A DNA stretch of 64,000 bases from Antedon mediterranea (lineage: Eukaryota; Animalia; Echinodermata), in NCBI RefSeq assembly GCF_964355755.1, contig NC_092670.1:11580795-11644794 (forward strand), read 5' to 3'. The translations under genes and the position numbers were made by a program. Every line of letters begins with the position of its first letter. Position 1 is the first letter of the stretch. The notes under the pieces were generated by a model. The model was not told the origin of the DNA. It did not search any database and was given only the letters and a program-made list of their open reading frames with translations. Below are positions 12,975-27,025 of the stretch, piece after piece.

Positions 12975-15900
12975 GGCTCTAGGGCGTATGTATGAATGAT
13001 GTTAACTACTAGGTAGGGCTTAGGCTAGGCCTAGAGGCCTACTAGTACTAGGCTAGGCCTAGACTTAAGTTGTAGTAGGCTAGGGCCGGGCCTGCTGCCT
13101 TAGGCTAGGCTACTACTACTACTAGGCAGCCCATGATGGGTACGAGTAAGCCAAAATTTTGGATACATGTAAACCAAAATTAGGGTACGAGCGTGTAATT
13201 GGCATGGCATGGGTACGGGTTAACCTGTATCCTTCTAGCTAATCGTACTATGCCTAGGCCTCAAGTAAGTCTACGCTACCCAGTCCGGCTACAATATGGT
13301 CTATTTTGTTTTATAGCTTTATTGATAATAGCTGGGTTCAAATCTGGCTTTTTCTCATTCTAAAACAGATTTCCTTATAATAAAATAATATATGAATTTA
13401 TTTGTAATATTATTGTAATGTATACATAATATAAGTAATTGCCATTGCCTTTATTACTATTAATTATGTATTATACGGTTACCCCTTAATTATACTATAG
13501 TATAATTTCCTTGTTATATTTTACAATATTTTCTTCCTAATTCTACAATTTTGTCTTTCACAGCACAAATTTATCATACTGAATCATCACACACCAAGTC
13601 TCATAAATCTCTACTGTATTTGTCCAAGCTACTCCAGCTACATGGCATTGCCTTGAGGCTAAATTACACGGTATACTGGCACTACCATCATTCCTGGCTC
13701 GTCAACCTGTACCACATAAGCACAGTTTCAGTTTCAGTTTATTTACCATTTCAATTTCTGAACATAAGAGATGAACAACTTATATGGATGGATAACCGTA
13801 AGAGCGAAGCTCGTTTACCGGTCACCCGTTAGTGCAGTGACATTACAGACAACATAAAGACAGGACAAAGGTGCAATACTTAACAAGACATGTGAACACT
13901 TGTGTTTGCAACCCCTTGGATAAAATAATATATTTATATAATGGAGAAAGTTAGATATTATAATATTTCTTTTTGATCATACAATGATAATTTTTAAATT
14001 ACTTCTTAAGAAGTCATACTACTGATTCAAAATAGTGACTTACACCCTGTGGTCAAGGCTTTCTTTGCTCTTATGCTTATTTCCTCCAACATACAGAGTA
14101 CATAGGACTTTTTTTATTCATAACTGTTGAATTGTTTCCCAATACATAGTACCTATTGGTATTATATCTAAAAATACAAAGGCGGCCAACACAGATAGTT
14201 CCATATATACAGTACTCTTTTATAAATAAATGTATCTCTCCAAACTACTCCCAACTACCTAATCTAATAATAGTACTATTAGCATACTACTATACACTTT
14301 GTAGACAAGAAATAAGTTGTATACACTAGAGGACTTATGGTAGTACAGTCGATTGCCCTCTCACTGGCCCGGTCAACATAATCTATACCTAGATTATTAC
14401 AGTAATTAAAGTACATTATTACAGAGTTTTTTTTTTTGCAGAAATCAAAGTTATGTGTATAGAAAGCAGTACTCGTATTAAAAACTAAGCAGGTTTTTGA
14501 ACGCAAACTGGCAGGATATTTTGAATATTTTTTGTTGTTGAAATGATGGAATCCTAACTTCAATTTCCACGAACCCTTTTATTTAAATTTATTTGAATAG
14601 ACCTCCATGTAAACTCATTAAAGGCTACATGATTGTTTTATATTTTAATATGTGATAGTAGAAAATCATTGTGTATAATGAGGACTATGAATCTGATATT
14701 TACTTGCATTCTCATCTTTTTAAATTATTATTTATAATGCCGGTAATGAGTTTAAAATTTAATTATATTGACTATTTTTGATAATCATCATGTCCTTATA
14801 AATTCATTTATATTTCTTTTGTGTAATATAGTTCATATATTATGTATTAAGTAAATTGGTAAGGCCCTATACTGTTACTATTTAAGGAAAGTTTATATAC
14901 ACTATTATTTTATGCCTACCAATATTAGTATTAATTGTTTATGTAAATATTTTGTCTAATTGTCTTGATTTTTTGTATAGGCCAATGGCATCAATGTTTT
15001 TCTCAAAGCAAATTAGCCTAATAATGCCACATTTAGACACATGATTCATTGATTTCTGATATTCTGTACTTGTATATGCATTACTAAAATAGTAGTTAAT
15101 ATATTTCATTTATAATGTATGTATAAACATATATTCATATTTTTTTTAACATTTTTAAATTTAAAAATTATTACAATACCTATCTACCTTTCTGATATTG
15201 TTACTATTATATAATATTCTTTGAGGCAGCAATAAAAAAAAATTAGAACAATTAATTTGACTTATACTGTACTATGTTAGTTCAGGAGATGAAGTGTGTG
15301 TGGGCAGAAACTAGTGTGTTGGAGGTTGGTGGTGTGAGGTGTATAGTTGTCACTTTAAGACCTAAATTAGATGTTTTCTGAAGAAAAGAAGTAAGCGCAT
15401 ACGCTTTCAAACAACTCCAAGAAGATTCACACAAAAATAATTACTTTCCAATAAAGTAGTATAACAGTGTATATTACAGTACATTGAATAAACTCGAGCG
15501 GAATAATAACGCACATAAAAAAACATTCATTTTCTTTTCGAAAAGTGCCCTCTCTAGTTTTCTATTAATTTATTAATAATTATTATTAATTAATGAGTAA
15601 TATGAACATATTTTTAACATTCAATGCTGGAAGCTGGTTCTACTCCTAACAAAGTTTCATATCTCCAAATTTCATCAACGTATTCAAAGCACTTCAATAT
15701 TAAATATCACATTTAACATACAAATTCGGGTTTTGGATAGAATTTTGCTTAAAAACATATACAAAAAACATCGATAAAAAATACTTTTCGTATTCAAAAA
15801 CATTTGATACTTGGTATAAATGTTCACTATAGGTTGCTCTATTCACAGAAAAAAATTGCATTCATGAACGTTTTTTGTTGGTTGTTTTTTCAAAATAGTT

Positions 15901-18900
15901 ATTAGCTTGAAAAAAATGAGTTGGAATTGTATGGTCTTTCATAAGTATACATTTTGTAAAAACGTAAATTTAAAAAATCAGTGATATGGCTTGATAGTTA
16001 TTTTTTGTTTGCAATATGGATGGAGCAACCTATATTGAACATTTATACCAAGTATCAAATGTTTTTGAATACGAAAAGTATTTTTTATCGATGTTTTTTG
16101 TATATGTTTTTAAGCAAAATTATATCCAAAACCTGAATTTGTAATGTTAAATGTAATTTATTTAAGTGCTTTGAATACGTTGATGAAATTTGGAGATATG
16201 AAACTTTGTTAGGAGTAGATACAGTTTCCAGCATTACATTTTAAAAATATGTTCATATTACTCATTAATTGATAATAATTATTAATAAATTAATAGAAAA
16301 CTAGATAGGGCACTTTTCGACAAGAAAATGAATGTTTTTTTATGTGTGTTATTATTCCGCTCGAGTTTATTCAATGTACTGTAATATACACTGTTATACT
16401 ATTTTATTGGAAAGTAATTATTTTTGTGTGAATCTTCTTGGAGTTGTTTGAAAGCGTATCCGCTTACTTCTTTTCTTCAGAAAACATCTAATTTAGGTCT
16501 TAAAGTGACAACTATACACCTCACACCACCAACCTCCAACACACTAGTTTCTGCCCACACACACTTCATCTCCTGAACTAACATAGTACAGTATAAGTCA
16601 AATAAATTTTTTAATTTTTTTTTATTGCTGCCTCAAAAAATATTATATAATAGTAACAATATCAGAAAGGTAGATAGGTATTGTAATAATTTTTAAATTT
16701 AAAAATGTTAAAAAAAATATGAATATATGTTTATACATACATTATAAATGAAATATATTAACTACTATTTTAGTAATGCATACACAAGTACAGAATATCA
16801 GAAATCAATGAATCATGTGTCTAAATGTGGCATTATTAGGCTAATTCGCTTTGAGAAAAACATTGATGCCATTGGCCTATACAAAAATCAAGGCAATTAG
16901 AAAAAATATTTACATAAACAATTAATACTAATATTGGTAGGCATAAAATAATAGTGTATATAAACTTTCCTTAAATAATAACAGTATAGGGCCTTACCAA
17001 TTTATTTAATACATAATATATGAACTATATTACACAAAAAAAGTATAAATGAATTTATAAGGACATGATGATTATCAAAAATAGTCAATATAATTAAATT
17101 TTAAACTCATTACCGGCATTATAAATAATATTTTAAAAAGATAAGAATGCAAGTAAATATCAGATTCATAGTCCTCATTATACACAATGATTTCCTACTA
17201 TCACATATTAAAATATAAAACAATCATGTAGCCTTTAATGACTTTACATGGACGTCTATTCAAATAAATTTAGGGTCATAATATGTCTTCGTCTCCAGTT
17301 CGTGGAAATTGAAGTTAGGATTCTATCATTTCAACAACAAAAAATATTCAAAATATCCTGCCAGTTTGCATTCAAGACCTGCAACCTGCTTAGTTTTTAA
17401 TACGAGTACTGCTTTCTATACACATAACTTTGATTTCTGCAAAAAAAAAAAACTCTGTAATAATGTACTTTAATTACTGTAATAATCTAGGTATAGATTA
17501 TGTTTACCGGGCCAGTGAGAGGGCGTTCGACTGTACTACCATAAGTCCTGTAGGTGTATACAACTTATTTCTTGTCTACAAAGTGTATAGTAGTATGCTA
17601 ATAGTACTATTATTACATTAGGTAGTTGGGAGTAGTTTGGTGAGATACATCTATCTATAAAAGAGTACTGTATATATGGAACTATCTGTGTTAGCCGCCT
17701 TTGTATTTTTAGATATAATACCAATAGGTACTATGTATTGGGAAACAATTCAACAGTTATGAATAAAAAAAGTCCTATGTACTCTGTATGTTGGAGGAAA
17801 TAAGCATAAGAGCAAAGAAAGCCTTGACCACAGGGTGTAAGTCACTATTTTGAATCAGTAGTATGACTTCTTAAGAAGTAATTTAAAAATTATCATTGTA
17901 TGATCAAAAAGAAATATTATAATATCTAACTTTCTCCTTTATATAAATATATTATTTTATCCAAGGGGTTGCAAACACAAGTGTTCACATGTCTTGTTAA
18001 GTATTGCACCTTTGTCCTGTCTTTATGTTTTCTGTAATGTCACTGCACTAACGGGTGACCGGTAAACGAGCTTCGCTCTTACGGTTATCCATCCATATAA
18101 GTTGTTCATCTCTTATGTTCAGAAATTGAAATGGTAAATAAACTGAAACTGTGCTTATGTGGTACAGGTTGACGAGCCAGGAATGATGGTAGTGCCATTA
18201 TACCGTGTAGTTTAGCCTCAAGGCAATACCATGTAGCTGGAGTAGCTTGGACAAATACAGTAGAGATTTATGAGACTTGGTGTGTGATGATTCAGTATGA
18301 TAAATTTGTGCTGTGAAAGACAAAATTGTAGAATTAGGAAGAAAATATTGTAAAATATAACAAGGAAATTATACTATAGTATAATTATGGGGTAACCGTA
18401 TAATACATAATTAATAGTAATAAAGGCAATGGCAATTACTTATATTATGTATACATTACAATAATATTACAAATAAATTCATATATTATTTTATTATGAT
18501 AAGGAAATCTGTTTTAGAATGAGAAAAAGCCGTCCCAACCCAGATTTGAACCCAGCTATCAATAAAGCTATAAAACAAAATAGACCATATTGTAGCCGGA
18601 CTGGGTAGCCTAGACTTACTTGAGGCCTAGGCATAGTACGATTAGCTAGAAGGATACAGGTCAACCCGTACCCATGCCATGCCAACACGCTCGTACCCAA
18701 ATTTTGGTTTACATATATCCAAAATTTTGGCTTACTCGTACCCATCATGGGCTGCCTAGTAGTAGTAGTAGTAGCCTAGCCTAAGGCAGCAGGCCCGGCC
18801 CTAGCCTACTAAAACTTAAGTCTAGGCCTAGCCTAGTACTAGTAGGCCTCTAGGCCTAGCCTAGGCCTAGGCCCTAGTAGTTAACATCATACATACGCCC

Positions 18901-19794
18901 TAGAGCCTAGTAGTAGCTACCTACTACTCACTAGCTAAGCCTAGGTAGTAGCAGTAGTAGTTATTGTAGTAGTATTATTGTATTGTAGTATTAGTTGTAG
19001 CTGTCCGGTGATCCTTGGTCACTTGTCTAGATCCCCTAGTAGGCCTAGGCTAGGCCTAGTACGTAGTTATTCTTCAACAGTCACAATTCAGATTCTGCCG
19101 GCCGCTGATCGCTAGTGAACAGGGGGAGGGAGAGAAAGAGTTAGAAGAACTGAAATAAACCGTGACGTATAATAAACATCATACAAAATAATAATATAAC
19201 TAACGAATCCGTATAATATAATAATGTTGTATGTTATAAAGTAAAGTAAATGCGTTTAATATAATACAATTATATTATAATATAATGTATTTTATTAATA
19301 ATATAATATTAAATGTTCATAATATAATGCTAAAACCAAATAATATAATACAAAAAGTCAATAATTTGTTACATTTTTCACATAATATATTAGAAATAGA
19401 TATAATATAATGCTAAAACCAAGTAATATAATGCAAAACGTATAATTCATTACAATACAATATATAATATAATAAAAAAAATGATATAATAATATAATAT
19501 TTTGAATACTTCAGACAGCTGAGGCTTGCCATAAGTAAGCATACATATTCCTGTTTTTTCTTTCAAAAGACTTTTATTTGAAACTGACAATAATTACGTA
19601 AATAAATTATACACTTTAGGAGCATTTTGTATTTATAAAGTAAAGATATTAAGTTTATTGGAAAAAGAAAAAAAAATCAATCTCCTGCAAATGTTTAAAT
19701 CTGAAAAAAAGATAAGAAATATGTAAATCTGCAGGTATACTGTATATGCTCAACCAGATTAAGGAAGAAAATATGTAAATGAGATACCATGAAT

Positions 19795-22700
19795 TATGGC
19801 AAGCCTCAGCTGTCTGAAGTATTCAAAATATTATATTATTATATCATTTTTTTATTATATTATATATTGTATTGTAATGAATTATACGATTTGCATTATA
19901 TTACTTGGTTTTAGCATTATATTATATCTATTTCTAATATATTATGTGAAAAATGTAACAAATTATTTACTTTTTGTATTATATTATTTGGTTTTAGCAT
20001 TATATTATGAACATTTAATATTATATTATGAACATTTAATATTATATTATTAATAAAATACATTATATTATAATATAATTGTATTATATTAAACGCATTT
20101 ACTTTACTTTATAACATACAACATTATTATATTATACGGATTCGTTAGTTATATTATTATTTTGTATGATGTTTATTATACGTCACGGCTTATTTCAGTT
20201 CTTCTAACTCTTTCTCTCCCTCCCCCTGTTCACTAGCAATCAGCGGCCGGCAGAATCGGAATTGTGTGACTGTTGAAGAATAACTACGTACTAGGCCTAG
20301 CCTAGGCCTACTAGGGGATCTAGACAAGTGACCAAGGATCACCGGACAGCTACAACTAATACTACAATACAGTACAATAATACTACTACAATAACTACTA
20401 CTGCTTCTACCTAGGCCTAGCTAGTGAGTAGTAGGTAGCTACTACTAGGCTCTGGGCGTATGTATGATGTTAACTACTAGGTAGGGCCTAGCTAGGCCTA
20501 GAGGCCTACTAGTACTAGGCTAGGCCTAGACTTAAGTTGTAGTAGGCTAGGGCCGGGCCTGCTGCCTTAGGCTAGGCTACTACTACTACTACTAGGCAGC
20601 CCATGATGGGTACGAGTAAGCCAAAATTTTGGATATATGTAAACCAAAATTTGGGTACGAGCGTGTTGGCATGGCATGTGTACAGGTTGACCTGTATCCT
20701 TCTAGCTAATCGTACTATGCCTAGGCCTCAAGTAAGTCTACGCTACCCAGTCCGGCTACAATATGGTCTATTTTGTTTTATAGCTTTATTGATAGCTGGG
20801 TTCAAATCTGGGTTGGGACGGCTTTTTCTCATTCTAAAACAGATTTCCTTATAATAAAATAATATATGAATTTATTTGTAATATTGTAATGTATACATAA
20901 TATAAGTAATTGCCATTGCCTTTATTACTATTAATTATGTATTATACGGTTACCCCTTAACTATACTATAGTATAATTTCCTTGTTATATTTTACAATAT
21001 TTTCTTCCTAATTCTACAATTTTGTCTTTCACAGCACAAATTTATCATACTGAATCATCACACACCAAGTCTCATAAATCTCTACTGTATTTGTCCAAGC
21101 TACTCCAGCTACATGGTATTGCCTTGAGGCTAAACTACACGGTATACTGGCACTACCATCATTCCTGGCTCGTCAACTTGTACCACATAAGCACAGTTTC
21201 AGTTTCAGTTTATTTACCATTTCAATTTCTGAACATAAGAGATGAACAACTTATATGGATGGATAACCGTAAGAGCGAAGCTCGTTTACCGGTCACCCGT
21301 TAGTGCAGTGACATTACAGACAACATAAAGACAGGACAAAGGTGCAATACTTAACAAGACATGTGAACATTTGTGTTTGCAACCCCTTGGATAAAATAAT
21401 ATATTTATATAATGGAGAAAGTTAGATATTATAATATTTCTTTTTGATCATACAATGATAATTTTTAAATTACTTCTTAAGAAGTCATACTACTGATTCA
21501 AAATAGTGACTTACACCCTGTGGTCAAGGCTTTATTTGCTCTTATGCTTATTTCCTCCAACATACAGAGTACATAGGACTTTTTTATTCATAACTGTTGA
21601 ATTGTTTCCCAATACATAGTACCTATTGGTATTATATCTAAAAATACAAAGGCGGCTAACACAGATAGTTCCATATATACAGTACTCTTTTATAAATAAA
21701 TGTATCTCTCCAAACTACTCCCAACTACCTAATCTAATAATAGTACTATTAGCATACTACTATACACTTTGTAGACAAGAAATAAGTTGTATACACCTAG
21801 AGGACTTATGGTAGTACAGTCGATCGCCCTCTCACTGGCCCGGTCAACATAATCTATACCTAGATTATTACAGTAATTAAAGTACATTATTACAGAGTTT
21901 TTTTTTTTTTTTGCAGAAATCAAAGTTATGTGTATAGAAAGCAGTACTCGTATTAAAAACTAAGCAGGTTGCAGGTCTTGAACGCAAACTGGCAGGATAT
22001 TTTGAATATTTTTTGTGATGGAATCCTAACTTCAATTTCCACGAACCCTTTTATTTAAATTTATTTGAATAGACCTCCATGTAAACTCATTAAAGGCTAC
22101 ATGATTGTTTTATATTTTAATATGTGATAGTAGAAAATCATTGTGTATAATGAGGACTATGAATCTGATATTTACTTGCATTCTCATCTTTTTAAATTAT
22201 TATTTATAATGCCGGTAATGAGTTTAAAATTTAATTATATTGACTATTTTTGATAATCATCATGTCCTTATAAATTCATTTATATTTCTTTTGTGTAATA
22301 TAGTTCATATATTATGTATTAAGTAAATTGGTAAGGCCCTATACTGTTACTATTTAAGGAAAGTTTATATACACTATTATTTTATGCCTACCAATATTAG
22401 TATTAATTGTTTATGTAAATATTTTGTCTAATTGCCTTGATTTTTTGTATAGGCCAATGGCATCAATGTTTTTCTCAAAGCAAATTAGCCTAATAATGCC
22501 ACATTTAGACACATGATTCATTGATTTCTGATATTCTGTACTTGTGTATGCATTACTAAAATAGTAGTTAATTTATTTCATTTATAATGTATGTATAAAC
22601 ATATATTCATATTTTTTTTAACATTTTTAAATTTAAAAATTATTACAATACCTATCTACCTTTCTGATATTGTTACTATTATATAATATTTTTTGAGGCA

Positions 22701-25700
22701 GCAATAAAAAAAAATTAAAAAATGTATTTGACTTATACTGTACTATGTTAGTTCAGGAGATGAAGTGTGTGTGGGCAGAAACTAGTGTGTTGGAGGTTGG
22801 TGGTGTGAGGTGTATAGTTGTCACTTTAAGACCTAAATTAGATGTTTTCTGAAGAAAAGAAGTAAGCGCATACGCTTTCAAACAACTCCAAGAAGATTCA
22901 CACAAAAATAATTACTTTCCAATAAAGTAGTATAACAGTGTATATTACAGTACATTGAATAAACTCGAGCGGAATAATAACGCACATAAAAAAACATTCA
23001 TTTTCTTTTCGAAAAGTGCCCTCTCTAGTTTTCTATTAATTTATCAATAATTATTATTAATTAATGAGTAATATGAACATATTTTTAACATTCAATGCTG
23101 GAAGCTGGTTCTACTCCTAACAAAGTTTCATATCTCCAAATTTCATCAACGTATTCAAAGCACTTCAATATTAAATATCACATTTAACATAAAAATTCGG
23201 GTTTTGGATAGAATTTTGCTTAAAAACATATACAAAAAACATCGATAAAAAATACTTTTCGTATTCAAAAACATTTGATACTTGGTATAAATGTTCACTA
23301 TAGGTTGCTCTATTCACAGAAAAAAATTGCATTCATGAACGTTTTTTGTTGGTTGTTTTTTCAAAATAGTTATTAGCTTGAAAAAAATGAGTTGGAATTG
23401 TATGGTCTTTCATAAGTGTACATTTTGTAAAAACGTAAATTTAAAAAATCAGTGATATGGCTTGATAGTTATTTTTTGTTTGCAATATGGATGGAGCAAC
23501 CTATATTGAACATTTATACCAAGTATCAAATGTTTTTGAATACGAAAAGTATTTTTTATCGATGTTTTTTGTATATGTTTTTAAGCAAAATTATATCCAA
23601 AACCTGAATTTGTAATGTTAAATGTAATTTATTTAAGTGCTTTGAATACGTTGATGAAATTTGAAGATATGAAACTTTGTTAGGAGTAGATACAGTTTCC
23701 AGCATTAAATTTTAAAAATATGTTTATATTACTCATTAATTGATAATAATTATTAATAAATTAATAGAAAACTAGAGAGGGCACTTTTCGACAAGAAAAT
23801 GAATGTTTTTTATGTGCGTTATTATTCCGCTCGAGTTTATTCAATGTACTGTAATATACACTGTTATACTATTTTATTGGAAAGTAATTATTTTTGTGTG
23901 AATCTTCTTGGAGTTGTTTGAAAGCGTATCCGCTTACTTCTTTTCTTCAGAAAACATCTAATTTAGGTCTTAAAGTGACAACTATACACCTCACACCACC
24001 AACCTCCAACACACTAGTTTCTGCCCACACACACTTCATCTCCTGAACTAACATAGTACAGTATAAGTCAAATACATTTTTTAATTTTTTTTTATTGCTG
24101 CCTCAAAAAATATTATATAATAGTAACAATATCAGAAAGGTAGATAGGTATTGTAATAATTTTTCAATTTAAAAATGTTAAAAAAAAAAAAGAATATATG
24201 TTTATACATACATTATAAATGAAATATATTAACTACTATTTTAGTAATGCATACACAAGTACAGAATATCAGAAATCAATGAATCATGTGTCTAAATGTG
24301 GCATTATTAGGCTAATTTGCTTTGAGAAAAACATTGATGCCATTGGCCTATACAAAAATCAAGGCAATTAGACAAAATATTTACATAAACAATTAATACT
24401 AATATTGGTAGGCATAAAATAATAGTGTATATAAACTTTCCTTAAATAATAACAGTATAGGGCCTTACCAATTTATTTAATACATAAAATATGAACTATA
24501 TTACACAAAAAAAGTATAAATGAATTTATAAGGACATGATGATTATCAAAAATAGTCAATATAATTAAATTTTAAACTCATTACCGGCATTATAAATAAT
24601 ATTTTAAAAAGATAAGAATGCAAGTAAATATCAGATTCATAGTCCTCATTATACACAATGATTTCCTACTATCACATATTAAAATATAAAACAATCATGT
24701 AGCCTTTAATGACTTTACATGGAGGTCTATTCAAATAAATTTAAATAAAAGGGTCATAATATGTCTTCGTCTCCAGTTCGTGGAAATTGAAGTTAGGATT
24801 CCATCATTTCAACAACAAAAAATATTCAAAATATCCTGCCAGTTTGCATTCAAGACCTGCAACCTGCTTAGTTTTTAATACGAGTACTGCTTTCTATACA
24901 CATAACTTTGATTTCTGAAAAAAAAAAAACTCTGTAATAATGTACTTTAATTACTGTAATAATCTAGGTATAGATTATGTTGACCGGGCCAGTGAGAGGG
25001 CGATCGACTGTACTACCATAAGTCCTGTAGGTGTATACAACTTATTTCTTGTCTACAAAGTGTATAGTACTTTGCTAATAGTACTATTATTAGATTAGGT
25101 AGTTGGGAGTAGTTTGGAGAGATACATCTATCTATAAAAGAGTACTGTATATATGGAACTATCTGTGTTAGCCGCCTTTGTATTTTTAGATATAATACCA
25201 ATAGGTACTATGTATTGGGAAACAATTCAACAGTTATGAATAAAAAAAGTCCTATGTACTCTGTATGTTGGAGGAAATAAGCATAAGAGCAAATAAAGCC
25301 TTGACCAAAGGGTGTAAGTCACTATTTTGAATCAGTAGTATTACTTCTTAAGAAGTAATTTAAAAATTATCATTGTATGATCAAAAAGAAATATTATAAT
25401 ATCTAACTTTCTCCTTTATATAAATATATTATTTTATCCAAGGGGTTGCAAACACAAGTGTTCACATGTCTTGTTAAGTATTGCACCTTTGTCCTGTCTT
25501 TATGTTTTCTGTAATGTCACTGCACTAACGGGTGACCGGTAAACGAGCTTCGCTCCTACGGTTATCCATCCATATAAGTTGTTCATCTCTTATGTTCAGA
25601 AATTGAAATGGTAAATAAACTGAAACTGAAACTGTGCTTATGTGGTACAGGTTGACGAGCCAGGAATGATGGTAGTGCCAGTATACCGTGTAGTTTAGCC

Positions 25701-27025
25701 TCAAGGCAATACCATGTAGCTGGAGTAGCTTGGACAAATACAGTAGAGATTTATGAGACTTGGTGTGTGATGATTCAGTATGATAAATTTGTGCTGTGAA
25801 AGACAAAATTGTAGAATTAGGAAGAAAATATTGTAAAATATAACAAGGAAATTATACTATAGTATAATTAAGGGGTAACCGTATAATACATAATTAATAG
25901 TAATAAAGGCAATAGCAATTACTTATATTATGTATACATTACAATATTACAAATAAATTCATATATTATTTTATTATGATAAGGAAATCTGTTTTAGAAT
26001 GAGAAAAAGCCGTCCCAATCCCGATTTGAACCCAGCTATCAATAAAGCTATAAAACAAAATAGACCATATTGTAGCCGGACTGGGTAGCGTAGACTTACT
26101 TGAGGCCTAGGCATAGTACGATTAGCTAGAAGGATACAGGTCAACCCGTACCCATGCTGCCAACACGCTCGTACCCAAATTTTGGTTTACATATATCCAA
26201 AATTTTGGCTTACCCGTACCCATCATGGGCTGCCTAGTAGTAGTAGTAGTAGTAGTAGCCTAGCCTAAGGCAGCAGGCCCGGCCCTAGCCTACTACAACT
26301 TAAGTCTAGGCCTAGCCTAGTACTAGTAGGCCTCTAGCTAGGCCTAGCCTAGGCGGGATAGGCCCTAGTAGTTAACATCATACATACGCCCTAGAGCCTA
26401 GTAGTAGCTACCTACTACTCACTAGCTAGGCCTAGGTAGTAGCAGTAGTAGTTATTGTAGTAGTATCATTGTATTGTAGTATTAGTTGTAGCTGTCCGGT
26501 GATCCTTTATCACTTGTCTAGATCCCCTAGTAGGCCTAGGCTAGGCCTAGTACGTAGTTATTCTTCAACAGTCACACAATTCAGATTCTGCCGGCCGCTG
26601 ATTGCTAGTGAACAGGGGGAGGGAGAGAAAGAGTTAGAAGAACTGAAATAAGCCGTGACGTATAATAAACATCATACAAAATAATAATATAACTAACGAA
26701 TCCGTATAATATCATAATGTTGTATGTTATAAAGTAAAGTAAATGCGTTTAATATAATACAATTATATTATAATATAATGTATTTTATTAATAATATAAT
26801 ATTAAATGTTCATAATATAATGCTAAAACCAAATAATATAATACAAAAAGTAAATAATTTGTTACATTTTTCACATAATATATTAGAAATAGATATAATA
26901 TAATGCTAAAACCAAGTAATATAATGCAAAACGTATAATTCATTACAATACAATATATAATATAATAAAAAAATGATATAATAATATAATATTTTGAATA
27001 CTTCAGACAGCTGAGGCTTGCCATA
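19795..27025. mobile_element. Giant palindromic non-autonomous DNA transposon, copy 2, uninterrupted (7231 bp)
   Basis: Same TATGG...CCATA termini. 6-bp TSD ATGAAT (19789-19794, 27026-27031). Arms 19795-23310 and 23494-27025, spacer 23311-23493 in the same orientation as copy 1. Confidence 0.92.

Larger units (their letters stand above)
7132..19533. mobile_element. Giant palindromic non-autonomous DNA transposon, copy 1 (IS3EU-like ends), with nested insertions in its left arm
   Basis: Termini TATGGCAAGCCTCAGCTGTCTGAAG / reverse complement. 6-bp TSD AGTAAG (7126-7131, 19534-19539). Left arm to about 15839 (interrupted), spacer 15840-16022, right arm 16023-19533. Confidence 0.9.

Noticed and set aside
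13551-13832. 93-aa ORF (MSFTAQIYHTES...) recurring at 21022 and 25525, and other short ORFs repeated in the arms
   Set aside because: Recurrence only reflects arm identity. It has a non-ATG start and no recognisable domain, and the fourth arm carries a stop codon (about 18197) and a 6-bp deletion.
26341-26360. CTAGGCGGGAT resembling the end of the 7616-9657 element (possible excision footprint)
   Set aside because: Short match in low-complexity sequence and at a non-equivalent arm position.
7132-27025. Assembly artefact or simple tandem/inverted duplication as the cause of the four arms
   Set aside because: The copies have different TSDs, private and arm-specific variants, and the LINE frame is restored exactly on excision.
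19795-27025. Polinton/Maverick assignment based on 6-bp TSD and long TIRs
   Set aside because: Ends are TATGG...CCATA rather than AG...CT, and no pPolB, integrase or capsid remnants are visible. Not wholly excluded without a search.
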